Source: Candidatus Komeilibacteria bacterium RIFCSPLOWO2_02_FULL_48_11 (lineage in GTDB: Bacteria; Patescibacteriota; Patescibacteriia; UBA2169). From it: a stretch of DNA of 35,599 bases. The notes below the pieces were generated by a model. The model saw only the letters and a list, made by a program, of their open reading frames with translations, had not been told where the DNA came from and did no database searches. Position numbers and translations under genes: made by a program. The stretch spans positions 5,217-40,815 of the forward strand of contig MHKO01000059.1 in NCBI GenBank assembly GCA_001818435.1. The letters run 5' to 3'. Positions 26,739 to 35,599 of this stretch are shown piece by piece. Position 1 is the first letter of the stretch. Every line of letters begins with the position of its first letter.

Positions 26739-27896
26739 TTATTTATTTAACCCCATATTAACGGAATAGGCAAGTATAAAACGCCTTATTAATTTACCCC
26801 TGTTTTCCCAACTATATTGGCCAACCTTAGCTTGCGCCAAACGCGCCCGTTCTAATAAAGATGCTTGATTATTAATACTAGTTATAATTTTTTGTCGCAG
26901 ATCAAGACTGTCGTCGGGAGTAAAAAAGACTGCCTCTTTGGAATCTAAAACCTCGCGGATCGAGGGCAAGTCAGAAGCGATAATGGGTGAGCCTGAAACC
27001 ATGTACTCAAATAATTTTAAGGGCGAGGTATAGCGCGAAGAAATTTTTTCTTTGGCGCTGTTGGGAATTACCAAGATATCGGCGGCGGAGAGCCAAGCGG
27101 GTATTTCTATCTGCGGACGATGACCCATAATATGAATATTGGCGGCCCGATATTCCTTATCAAATTTGGCCACGTCTTCTTTTGTTCCGCCGACAAGATA
27201 CACGTGAATATCCTCGGGTAGTTTTAGGGCCGCGCGCGCCAGGATATCCGCTCCTTTCCACTCGTACAAATGACCGGCATAGAGAACCATCTTCTGCTGT
27301 AATGGAATCGCCAGCCCTGAGCGCGCCTCCTGCCTGGTCAAATTATTGTCAAATCTGGCGGCATTAAATCCATCGCGGGCAACCAATATCTTTTTCTTAT
27401 CCACGCCCCACCCCACCAAATCATCCCGCAACCCGTTGCTGATGACTATCAATCCCCGCGCACGCTGCCAAGCGCGCCGATGCAACCAAGTCGGCCGATT
27501 TGGCAGGCTATGGACCTCGTAAAATACCAGCCTGATACAAGCCAGAACAGCCGCTACATAAAAATCCCGCGTGTAGATAATATCGCCGCTCTTACCGACA
27601 AACCAGGCGTAAATCAAAGACGAGATTGTAAAACTGCCGGCTTGAAGCATGAAAAAGAATGTTTTAAAAAACGACAACCACAACAAATCCAAACAAAAAA
27701 TTTCTTTGAACGAAAAAGTCCGCGCCAAGTCATAATACAAAAATGGATTTTTATGATTAACGCCAATCCGGCGGGCGGAAACAAGCGCAACCTCTGTCTT
27801 TGGCCATTGTGAAAAAGCACGGCAATTTTCCATAATCTGCGCGCCATGAGCCTTTTCTGTGGGCAGGCGGACATTGGAAATATATAACAATCTCAT
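26739..27896 (-). CDS. Glycosyltransferase family 4
   Basis: YAGHLYEWKG, SPLKLFEYMVSGSPIIASDLP, YSWENR. Confidence 0.92.
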   Translation of the reverse strand: MRLLYISNVRLPTEKAHGAQIMENCRAFSQWPKTEVALVSARRIGVNHKNPFLYYDLARTFSFKEIFCLDLLWLSFFKTFFFMLQAGSFTISSLIYAWFVGKSGDIIYTRDFYVAAVLACIRLVFYEVHSLPNRPTWLHRRAWQRARGLIVISNGLRDDLVGWGVDKKKILVARDGFNAARFDNNLTRQEARSGLAIPLQQKMVLYAGHLYEWKGADILARAALKLPEDIHVYLVGGTKEDVAKFDKEYRAANIHIMGHRPQIEIPAWLSAADILVIPNSAKEKISSRYTSPLKLFEYMVSGSPIIASDLPSIREVLDSKEAVFFTPDDSLDLRQKIITSINNQASLLERARLAQAKVGQYSWENRGKLIRRFILAYSVNMGLNK

Positions 27897-28558
27897 ACCT
27901 TGGGGTTAGTTGGTAAATTATGGGTCACGCAGGCGAAACTTAACCGTTTATCCTCAATAAAATTAATTTCCCCGAACTTCCCGGCCAAAAAACCCAACCA
28001 CTCTTTTTTGGTGTAATAAAAATGTTTCGGGCAACGCTGGGAAAGTAAATACAATATATGGATATACCGTAAAATAGAAAACTTTCTTTCCGTCAAAGAA
28101 AAAACGATATAGGGGCTCCTTATATTTTTAAATAACGAGATTATTTCTTCGGCCGTTAAATAATCAAGAAACCCCATCCCCACCGTAATATCAGCCGCCG
28201 GCAACTGGGCTGATATGGCGTCGATACGGTAAAATTCGCATTGATAGGCCAAGCCCATCTCTTGGCTTAATTTTTTGGCCCGGTTAATGGCTTGTTCGGA
28301 AATATCCAGGCCAATAATTTTTTTCACTTTACTATTCTTGCACAAATCAAAGGCAAAATAACCCGAACCGCAACCGAGTTCCAACACTACCTTGCCATCG
28401 ACCAAAGGCAATATGGTTTCCAAAACAGTTTTATTACGAAACAAAACCGGCTTCCTAAAATAAGAAGCCAATCTTTCAATAAAAGAAAGATGGCTCGCGC
28501 CATGCATCGAATCTTCCCACTCGATAATTTTATTATTCCAATACTCTTTGCTGTTCAT
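27893..28558 (-). CDS. Class I SAM-dependent methyltransferase
   Basis: VLELGCGSG, IGLDIS, MGFLDY. Confidence 0.88.
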   Translation of the reverse strand: MNSKEYWNNKIIEWEDSMHGASHLSFIERLASYFRKPVLFRNKTVLETILPLVDGKVVLELGCGSGYFAFDLCKNSKVKKIIGLDISEQAINRAKKLSQEMGLAYQCEFYRIDAISAQLPAADITVGMGFLDYLTAEEIISLFKNIRSPYIVFSLTERKFSILRYIHILYLLSQRCPKHFYYTKKEWLGFLAGKFGEINFIEDKRLSFACVTHNLPTNPKV

Positions 28559-29393
28559 AGTAATGCTTGAATGATGTAAAGTTATGTTTTTTTAATAGCT
28601 CCTCAACTGAATTTAATATGTTGATTGTATAAGGAAGACACAACGGATTTTGTCTTAATATCTTTGTCACAAAAGAAAAGCCTCTGATTGTTTTGGTTTG
28701 GTACATCTGCCAAGGGTGGATAAATAGAATAGCGGGTTTATTCTTTTTGTTAACATGATTTATGAAGTAAGAAATTTTTGAGCCAAAAAGCGCTATAAAT
28801 AATCCGCTGCCAAAAGGCATTTGCTGGAACAGCATTTTTATTGATAAATTTTGCGGTAATAGCAAATCCTTTTTTCTGTTGGACCAAAAAGGTATAGCCG
28901 ATACCGGAATCTCCGCCACCCCGTCAATCGACTGAATCATATAATCGCCATAGGTGGATGAAGAATACGTAAATCCGTGTTGTACCAGCAATGACATGGC
29001 GGGCCGGGTAATGTAAATATTGGGAGCTCGAAATCCGGCGGGCTTGAATCTTTTAATAAAATCGGCCGACTGTTTTAATTCATTGGCCAATATTTCACTG
29101 TTGTATAAGATGGGATGGCTCTGAGTATGATAACCAATTTCATGCCCGGCCTCTATAATCGCCTCAATTGCCTCGGGGTACCAGTCGTAAATCTCGGCCA
29201 CGACAAAGAAAGTGGCTTTTTGATTATATTTTTTTAAAAGTTTAAGAATTTGCTCAATCGCCAAACAACTGTAATTGCTGTCTAAAAATTTTCTATCAGC
29301 GCTGCTTAAATTCCGATCCAATCTTAAGGCATCGTCATAAAAATGGACCCACGATTCAACATCAATTGATAAAATATTTTGTATATCCGCCAT
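28533..29393 (-). CDS. Polysaccharide deacetylase (CE4, DUF3473-type)
   Basis: SIDVESW, ATFFV, GHEIGYHTQSH, GFRAP, YSSS, EIPVS, FIHPWQ. Confidence 0.88.
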   Translation of the reverse strand: MADIQNILSIDVESWVHFYDDALRLDRNLSSADRKFLDSNYSCLAIEQILKLLKKYNQKATFFVVAEIYDWYPEAIEAIIEAGHEIGYHTQSHPILYNSEILANELKQSADFIKRFKPAGFRAPNIYITRPAMSLLVQHGFTYSSSTYGDYMIQSIDGVAEIPVSAIPFWSNRKKDLLLPQNLSIKMLFQQMPFGSGLFIALFGSKISYFINHVNKKNKPAILFIHPWQMYQTKTIRGFSFVTKILRQNPLCLPYTINILNSVEELLKKHNFTSFKHYYEQQRVLE

Positions 29394-29398
29394 ATTAT

Positions 29399-29406
29399 AT
29401 TATAAT
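29399..29406. promoter_or_regulatory. Palindromic ATTATAAT providing a -10 box on both strands between divergent genes
   Basis: TATAAT on + at 29401-29406 and on - at 29404-29399; the two start codons are only 22 bp apart. Confidence 0.55.
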
Positions 29407-29415
29407 TACGCCACT

Positions 29416-30063
29416 ATGTCTTTTTTGCATTCCCTGATCCAATTAGCGGCCAAATTGCCCGTTGATCTGAGTCAGTCTAAGTATAACCATTCGAGCAAAG
29501 GAAAACTTATCGCCTTGGCCCGCGTCCCCCAGGCATTACCCAGCGCCACGGCGTTGGATTTGGGATGTGGTGATGGATGGTGGTCGGACCAATTAAAACA
29601 TCTGGGTTTTGCCGTAACTGCTGTTGACCAAGAAAGAGAATACCCAAATAAAGATTCGGCTCAACGTTATAAAGACATGATTGCCATGAATTTAAATGAA
29701 CCATTGCCCTTGCCTGACGCTTCTTTTAATTTGGTGTGGTGCAGTGAGGTAATCGGATTTTTAAAAAACTATCAGCAAACTATAAAAGAAATACGGCGCG
29801 TGTTAGAACCGGGCGGAACCTTTATTTTTACCACCCCCAATTCATTTTCCTGGCTCCATTATTTTTTTAAAATGTTTGGCCTCTCTAATCAAGATTGGCA
29901 TCATGAGAAGCATATTAATTTCTTGCGTCTCAATGATATTAAACAACTTTTTCCCGAAGCGCAAGTATTCGGATATTTTCCTTATCTGATTATTAAAGCC
30001 ACTATTCAGTCAGGAGTGGGATTACTCTCACCCACTTTTGTTATTATCGGAAAAAAACAATAA
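29416..30063 (+). CDS. Class I SAM-dependent methyltransferase (Methyltransf_11-like)
   Basis: ALDLGCGDG, LPLPDASFNLVWCSEV, RVLEPGG, TTPN. Confidence 0.88.
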   Translation: MSFLHSLIQLAAKLPVDLSQSKYNHSSKGKLIALARVPQALPSATALDLGCGDGWWSDQLKHLGFAVTAVDQEREYPNKDSAQRYKDMIAMNLNEPLPLPDASFNLVWCSEVIGFLKNYQQTIKEIRRVLEPGGTFIFTTPNSFSWLHYFFKMFGLSNQDWHHEKHINFLRLNDIKQLFPEAQVFGYFPYLIIKATIQSGVGLLSPTFVIIGKKQ

Positions 30064-30066
30064 AAA

Positions 30067-31506
30067 CTATCTTATTTTTTTGTAAATCATGACTTTTCCC
30101 TCAATAGTTTTATCCAGTGTATAATGCTCGTCAAGTATGGTTGCATATTTATCCTCCAGTTTACGGTCCGCCCCAAAAATAATGATACCCGGCAAATTAG
30201 CCGCAGATAAAGACAATGGATTTAAACCCAAATCTCGCAATCCGTAAGTCGAGATAGTCTGCAGCCGCCTGTGGGCGGGAATCAGCGCCGCCACCGGTGG
30301 CATATCAATCAAGCCGACTATTTCGTCTGGGCTGTAATTTTCTTGCACATAATTAAAAGTTGCCTGGGGTGCATTGGAATAAAATAATTTAGCGCCGGTA
30401 AAAAGATATACGAATTGGAACAATATCAGAAAACTAAAACAAACAATCGTCAGCAGGCGCGAATATCCGCGGGAAAAAAAACGATTTATTAAAACCTTTA
30501 ATGACGGCGCCAGTAAAATAAAAATTAACAACTGAACCGCCGCCAGATAATGAAAAATAGTTATATTTTTCAAAAAATAAAATATTGCTCCCAGACTGTA
30601 AAAGCCGGCCAATAAAAAAAGTGGCCGATTCTTTTTATAAAAATCTCTATCAAAATAAGCCGCAACCGTTACCACTAAGGCGAGAAGCGAAAAATAAACA
30701 AGCGTCGAGGAATGAGGCCAAGCGATAAGATTATTTTTGATATTAATGATTGAGTTTAATCCCTCTCTTTCATAAGGATTGGAAAAATGCGTGCCCAGCA
30801 CATTCCAGGTGGCTGGCGCCAACGCGGTTGCCGAATAAATCACAATCCAAACAATAAACGCCAAGAATGAGCTAGCGCCGAGTTTGAATAAATTGCTAAA
30901 AAAATTTCTTTTTTGCCAAAGCAAAAGCAGCACAAAAGCGGGAATAAAAAAAATAAAAACGGATGGTTTACTGATAATCGCCAGGCCTAAAAATATTCCG
31001 GCCATAAAGATATTGTTTTTGTGCAAATACCAAATCAGGCATAACAGAATAAAAACAAACCCGGGAATTTCGCCCATCACGCTCCGGCCATTGCCATAAA
31101 AAGAAGCGAAAGTGGCCACTAAAAACGTGGCCAATAAGGCCGTATCGGCTCCCCAAGTTTTCTGGGCAAAAATAAACAAACAAACGACGAGCGCCGTCAT
31201 CCAGACAAGCATATAAAGTCTGGCTTGTTCCAAGCCAAAACCGAAAATTTTAAAAACCAACGCCAGAGGTAAGGTGGTTGTATAACCGGTTGACCCAATA
31301 GTCGGCCCGCGCCCGGAAAATGTCAAAGGCGCCACCACAAGATCAAGTTGGCCGAATTCAGAAAAATTCCTAGCCAATTCTATATTAATTCCCTCGTCAT
31401 ACCAGACCGCCGGCTTAGTGGTAAGCGTCCGAGCCGAATAAACATTAACAAATATAATAATCAGGGCTAATCCTAACCAAACATAATTTTTTTTTATTAA
31501 TTCCAT
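30067..31506 (-). CDS. GT-C membrane glycosyltransferase (ArnT/PMT-like, GT39/GT83)
   Basis: WYDEG after TM1, ARL, GE motif, GIFLGLAIISKP, many TM helices. ATG 31506 preferred over 31533. Confidence 0.82.
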   Translation of the reverse strand: MELIKKNYVWLGLALIIIFVNVYSARTLTTKPAVWYDEGINIELARNFSEFGQLDLVVAPLTFSGRGPTIGSTGYTTTLPLALVFKIFGFGLEQARLYMLVWMTALVVCLFIFAQKTWGADTALLATFLVATFASFYGNGRSVMGEIPGFVFILLCLIWYLHKNNIFMAGIFLGLAIISKPSVFIFFIPAFVLLLLWQKRNFFSNLFKLGASSFLAFIVWIVIYSATALAPATWNVLGTHFSNPYEREGLNSIINIKNNLIAWPHSSTLVYFSLLALVVTVAAYFDRDFYKKNRPLFLLAGFYSLGAIFYFLKNITIFHYLAAVQLLIFILLAPSLKVLINRFFSRGYSRLLTIVCFSFLILFQFVYLFTGAKLFYSNAPQATFNYVQENYSPDEIVGLIDMPPVAALIPAHRRLQTISTYGLRDLGLNPLSLSAANLPGIIIFGADRKLEDKYATILDEHYTLDKTIEGKVMIYKKIR

Positions 31507-31516
31507 AGCAATTTTG

Positions 31517-32452
31517 TCACCATAATTCGACATCTTTTATAAAACGAGGCCGGGCTTTAGTTTCTTTGTATATTTTTCCAATGTATTCTCCAACTACGCC
31601 TAGTCCGATAATTTGTAACCCGCCAACAAATAAAACAGCGGCCAGCAGCCACGACGCCAGACTGTTAGCCAATATATCGACCATAGTCAAAGCCATAACC
31701 GTCATTGCGCCCATCATAACAACAAAACCAATCAGAGTAATAATCCGGAGCGGAATGATACTAAAAGAAGTTATCCCGTCCCAAGCTAATTCCAGGAGCA
31801 TTTTAAAAGAATATTTCGACTGGCCGCCAGTACGTTCGTGAATCAGATATGGCATGGTTGTTGTCTTAAACCCAAGCAAGGAAAACATGCCACTTAGAAA
31901 AATATTGGCCTCACCGAATTCCACTAAAGCATCGACGGCTTTTCTACTGGCCAACCGAAAGTCCGAATCGTTCGATACGCCCAAAAATTTAATCATAGTA
32001 TTAAAGAGCGCGGTTCCGTATCTTTTGTACCAAGAATCTTTTCTGGGATTCTTTTTAACGCCATAAATCACCTCATACCCTTGGCTAAACCCGTCAATAA
32101 ATTTTTCCATAACCGATAAGTCGTCTTGTAAATCGGAATTAATGGTTATAAAACAATCCGCCCGCTCGCGGACGCTTAAGAGCCCCGCGATCACGGCGTG
32201 CTCCTGGCCAAAATTGCGCGACAACCGCAGCCCTTTGACACGGCTGTCTTGGACGTGTAATTTTTCGATTAAATCCCAAGTTTTATCGGTACTGCCGTCG
32301 TTGACAAAATAAATAAAACTGTCTGGGTGAATTTTCGATTTTTGGATTAAATCATCCAAAACCGCCAATAATTTTTTAGCAGATTCTTGGATAATGACTT
32401 CTTCATTAAAACAAGGAGATATAATGGCTAATTTGGGGGCGAGTAAACTCAT
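31517..32452 (-). CDS. GT2 polyprenol-phosphate glycosyltransferase (GtrB/YkoT-like)
   Basis: SPCFNEE, VNDGSTD, LSRNFGQ, NSDLQDD, SDFRL, GEYIGKIYKETKARP. Confidence 0.9.
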   Translation of the reverse strand: MSLLAPKLAIISPCFNEEVIIQESAKKLLAVLDDLIQKSKIHPDSFIYFVNDGSTDKTWDLIEKLHVQDSRVKGLRLSRNFGQEHAVIAGLLSVRERADCFITINSDLQDDLSVMEKFIDGFSQGYEVIYGVKKNPRKDSWYKRYGTALFNTMIKFLGVSNDSDFRLASRKAVDALVEFGEANIFLSGMFSLLGFKTTTMPYLIHERTGGQSKYSFKMLLELAWDGITSFSIIPLRIITLIGFVVMMGAMTVMALTMVDILANSLASWLLAAVLFVGGLQIIGLGVVGEYIGKIYKETKARPRFIKDVELW

Positions 32453-32534
32453 AATAATTTGGATTTAGGCGTCGCGTCTAATAAATAATACTGATGAATA
32501 ATATCTCAAACTGCTGATTAAGTAAAGCCAAACT

Positions 32535-33596
32535 CTATCTCTCCCTTTGGCTGGCCTTCTTATTCAGTATGTCCGGAATTAATCTAAAGAAAGAGTCCAA
32601 GCGCAGATATTTTTCATACGTTTCCCGGGCGCGTTTTTGCTTTTGAATGAAATCATCATCGCTTAACGCGTTGTAAAAATCAGACAGCTTTGTATCAATT
32701 AAATCAACTTCATCATAATTTACAAAAACCACGAATTCCCTGTAATTTATAATATCTTCAAAGGGCAAGACATTATCAGTCTTTATAAAAAGAGGAATCC
32801 GGCCCAACGATAAAGCCTCGTAAAATCGCATTGAACAATTGCCGCCGCCCTTAACCGTTAAAATAAAGTCCGAATTCAGCATGTTGTCTATATACTCCGC
32901 CCGCGCCTGGGCCGGGTCAAGTTTTATGGTTGTCCGGTGCCCGGAAAAACTCTCCCGAATTTTAAAATTTGATTCCACTAAAGATGATTTCTCTAATATT
33001 TTTATGGCCTGACGCCTAAACCACATACCTTGCCGCTCTGGGCCGAGATGCTGATTGCCTGGTAAAAAATTTTTCACCGACCAAATCGCATCTTTAACAT
33101 AATAAGCCAACTTTTCCCGCGCGCTTCCCAATCGCGCCCAGCCGCAAAATCCAACAACCGGCTTGGCGCCCTTGCGGCGAATAGACAGCGGCCTGTCTTG
33201 CAATAAATCTTCCCCATAAACGGGCATAATAATTTCGTTTGGTTTCTTGTTGCGGCCGTAGCGCGCTATCCGAAAAACTATTGAATTGTTGATGGGTATG
33301 TCAATTTCCGGATCACCATGCGCGAAAACAATAACTTTTTTACCATATTTCTCCGCCAGAGCCGCAAATCTTTGCATGTATTCATTCTCCCTGACAAAAA
33401 GCAGAAAGTAATCATGGGGCAGTAAAAAATAATCAGCGTCATTGGGGTCGGCAACAATCTCAAAGATTGGCTCCGTATAATGAGCGAAAACATTGTTCAT
33501 GAAAAGACTACGCTCTTTTTTTTGCACGCCTAAATTCGGGTATAATACGGGCAAATGGGAAATAGTTAACGGCTGACCAATATATACTTTAACCAT
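32535..33596 (-). CDS. Exostosin family (GT47-like) glycosyltransferase
   Basis: DADYFLLP, VGFCG, YIDNMLNSDFILTVKGGGNCSMRFYEALSLGRIP, LPF: the exostosin C-terminal signature. Confidence 0.82.
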   Translation of the reverse strand: MVKVYIGQPLTISHLPVLYPNLGVQKKERSLFMNNVFAHYTEPIFEIVADPNDADYFLLPHDYFLLFVRENEYMQRFAALAEKYGKKVIVFAHGDPEIDIPINNSIVFRIARYGRNKKPNEIIMPVYGEDLLQDRPLSIRRKGAKPVVGFCGWARLGSAREKLAYYVKDAIWSVKNFLPGNQHLGPERQGMWFRRQAIKILEKSSLVESNFKIRESFSGHRTTIKLDPAQARAEYIDNMLNSDFILTVKGGGNCSMRFYEALSLGRIPLFIKTDNVLPFEDIINYREFVVFVNYDEVDLIDTKLSDFYNALSDDDFIQKQKRARETYEKYLRLDSFFRLIPDILNKKASQRER

Positions 33597-33602
33597 AAAT
33601 TA

Positions 33603-34457
33603 TCATTTAACAGCTTCAATCCACAAACTTTGACCAACCACGGTAGTTAAATACTGACGAATCTTAGCCGGTAGAAAACGTCCTAAAGATAGGCAGTGAT
33701 GCGGCCAATGATCAATGGCCGTGGTGGTATCGTGGATGCTGACGCGGCATTGGCTGAACCGGCCGAACATTCTTCGTATTTGCCGTGAACTATAAAATTT
33801 AGTTAATTGATTTCCGCCTTGATAAACACCGTCTGTGTAACGATTGGCCAGTTGTTGTTTAGTCATCCTCAATAATCTACCGCGCAAAATGCCTTTTGAA
33901 AGCCAAATATACCACCACCAGTGCAAGGAATGCTTATTATACATCATGCCCGCCATTCTGCCACCGGGTTTTAAAACACGATATATTTCGCTTATTGCCT
34001 GCTCGGTATTCGGCATGTGCATTAAACACCCCCAAGCCAGAACATAGTCAAAGGTATTATCCGGCCAGGGCAGAACCTGGGCATCAGCCACCCGGATATC
34101 GGTCGCGGGTAAACCAAAAATAGTAAAACGCGTCTTGGCTAATTCCACGGCCTTGGGAGTGATATCAATGGCCGAGACATCAGCGCCGACTCGGGCAAAT
34201 TGTTCCGTGCTCCAGCCAGTGCCAATCGCAATGTCTAAAACGCGCTGGCCAACCAAACTCTCATAATCAATCACGGCCGACAAAGGGCGGCTGTCGCGCT
34301 GTCCCCAGGGGGTCCATTTAATGAATTTCCGATCCACTTCCCGAAAAAACGCCGCATCGGGCTTTATTTCCTTTTGCTCCAACGGATTATAAGTAAATGG
34401 ATTGTCGTTCCACCAATTTGTTACCTTCTTGTTCAGTTCTTCGTTTTCTTCCGTCAT
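33603..34457 (-). CDS. Class I SAM-dependent methyltransferase
   Basis: VLDIAIGTG, DAQVLPWPDNTFDYV, GCLMH, RVLKPGG. Confidence 0.9.
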   Translation of the reverse strand: MTEENEELNKKVTNWWNDNPFTYNPLEQKEIKPDAAFFREVDRKFIKWTPWGQRDSRPLSAVIDYESLVGQRVLDIAIGTGWSTEQFARVGADVSAIDITPKAVELAKTRFTIFGLPATDIRVADAQVLPWPDNTFDYVLAWGCLMHMPNTEQAISEIYRVLKPGGRMAGMMYNKHSLHWWWYIWLSKGILRGRLLRMTKQQLANRYTDGVYQGGNQLTKFYSSRQIRRMFGRFSQCRVSIHDTTTAIDHWPHHCLSLGRFLPAKIRQYLTTVVGQSLWIEAVK

Positions 34458-34464
34458 AATACGT

Positions 34465-35599
34465 TTATTTATTAAATTGTTTCAGCCACACCTGGAAAGT
34501 TAAAAGCGACCAAATCGTATTCAAAGCGTATTGCCGGCCGCTTAAATGACTATCAAAAACAGTTCTAATGGCCTTAAAGTCCAAGTACTCTTGAGCGGCC
34601 GGGTTATAATCCGGTGACAAAATCTCTTGCGCCCAATCTTTAAGATCGCCGCGCAACCATTTAGCCATTGGTGAAAAGAAACCGCGCTTGGGTTCATTAT
34701 ACACAAAATCGGGAAGATACTCTTGCATGGCCTCTTTAAAAAGTTTTTTACCGGATGTCCGGGAATCCATATTATATTTGGCCGGAATACGCATGGCTAA
34801 TTCAACCAAATCTTTATCAAGCAATGGAACGCGCACCTCCAGGCCATGCGCCATGCTCATGCGGTCGGTCCGATTTAAGGCATCGTCTAAAAGCCAGGTT
34901 TGCATGTCCAGATACTGCAAAGCCTTGGTTGAATCTTTGGGATTGAGCGCGCCGGAATTTGCAAAAAACTTCTTGTTAAAAAAATCGCGAGTAACACCCG
35001 GCCGATTAAAATCCGGGTTTAGCACCTGGCCGAGAGTTGTTTCTTTTTGCGCCATAAACAATAGCAGACGATCAACGCCGGATAAAGTATTAAGCTTGTT
35101 AAAGAGATCGATTTTACCGGCTAAATTAAAAAATCTCTGGCTGATAAAGTTATTCCGCAACCAGGCCGGCAAATACTGCCAGCGATCAATTAAGTGATTA
35201 AGATAATAACGGTCATAGCCGGCGAATAATTCATCCCCGCCGTCGCCCGACAGAGCCACAGCCACGTGTGGCTTAGTGGCTTGGGCTAATATATACATGG
35301 CGGTTTGCGTATGATTGGAGACCAAATCATCGGCCTGCCACACGACCTTGGCAAAATTATCGCGCACATCCCGCGCCGACATCATCAAACTGGTATGCTC
35401 ACTGCCAAAATACGCGCTCGTTTTTTTGGCAATCGCGAAATCAGCGTTATATTTTTCCGACTGAATGTCAGTAGCAAAACCCACGCTGAATGTTTGTGCT
35501 TTATGACCGGAGATTTCGGACATCAAGCCCAGTAATACAGTGGAATCAATACCACCGCTCAAATAAAGGCCCAGTGGCCGGTCGGAAACCAATTGGCGT
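34465..35599 (-). CDS. asnB: Second asparagine synthase-like amidotransferase, C-terminal synthetase domain; 5' end lies outside the window
   Basis: SDRPLGLYLSGGIDS, SGDGGDELFAGY, DRMSMAHGLEVRVPLLD, KRGF; frame stays open to the window edge. Confidence 0.92.
   Translation of the reverse strand, partial: RQLVSDRPLGLYLSGGIDSTVLLGLMSEISGHKAQTFSVGFATDIQSEKYNADFAIAKKTSAYFGSEHTSLMMSARDVRDNFAKVVWQADDLVSNHTQTAMYILAQATKPHVAVALSGDGGDELFAGYDRYYLNHLIDRWQYLPAWLRNNFISQRFFNLAGKIDLFNKLNTLSGVDRLLLFMAQKETTLGQVLNPDFNRPGVTRDFFNKKFFANSGALNPKDSTKALQYLDMQTWLLDDALNRTDRMSMAHGLEVRVPLLDKDLVELAMRIPAKYNMDSRTSGKKLFKEAMQEYLPDFVYNEPKRGFFSPMAKWLRGDLKDWAQEILSPDYNPAAQEYLDFKAIRTVFDSHLSGRQYALNTIWSLLTFQVWLKQFNK

Noticed and set aside
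32465..32481. Small TTAGGCG..CGTCTAA hairpin between the exostosin and GT2 genes
   Set aside because: Short stem without a clear U-tract; too weak to call a terminator.
905..35535. Numerous 60-170 aa alternative-frame and antisense ORFs in the ORF track (e.g. 14306-14629, 24312-24725, 34688-35197, 23192-23416)
   Set aside because: They overlap well-supported genes and have no recognisable motifs; treated as shadow ORFs.
1..35599. CRISPR array, tRNA, rRNA or integron attC array
   Set aside because: No regularly spaced repeats, cloverleaf-like segments or attC-type sites seen; intergenic spaces are short apart from the IS left end.

Overview
A 35.6 kb stretch of a large surface-glycan biosynthesis and tailoring locus, almost all on the - strand. 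It encodes a nonulosonic-acid module (NeuB-, SpsF-, Gfo/Idh/MocA-, class III aminotransferase- and GNAT-like), an SxtI/J/L-like carbamoyltransferase cassette, a ColD-type 3-dehydratase, an amidinotransferase, two deacetylases, seven SAM methyltransferases, two AsnB-type amidotransferases, RmlB and GT2/GT4/GT47/GT-C glycosyltransferases. Tight gene packing, few Shine-Dalgarno sites and near-leaderless promoters suggest a Patescibacteria (CPR)-like host; this is inference only. The standout feature is an apparently intact IS110 element (about 13612-15159) whose ends can be read from the sequence. It has a duplicated TCAT/ATGA core and a structured ~270-nt non-coding left end with two internal loops matching its own donor junction and its insertion target (a bridge RNA). 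A TTGTCA-17-TATAAT promoter forms on circularisation, and a 20/21-nt inverted repeat brackets the recombinase CDS. The element sits 11 bp downstream of the -10 box of a TTGACA-17-TATTAT promoter and separates it from a capsule-synthesis gene, so it is a candidate RNA-guided on/off switch for surface glycan. All calls come from reading motifs by eye; no searches or folding programs were run.
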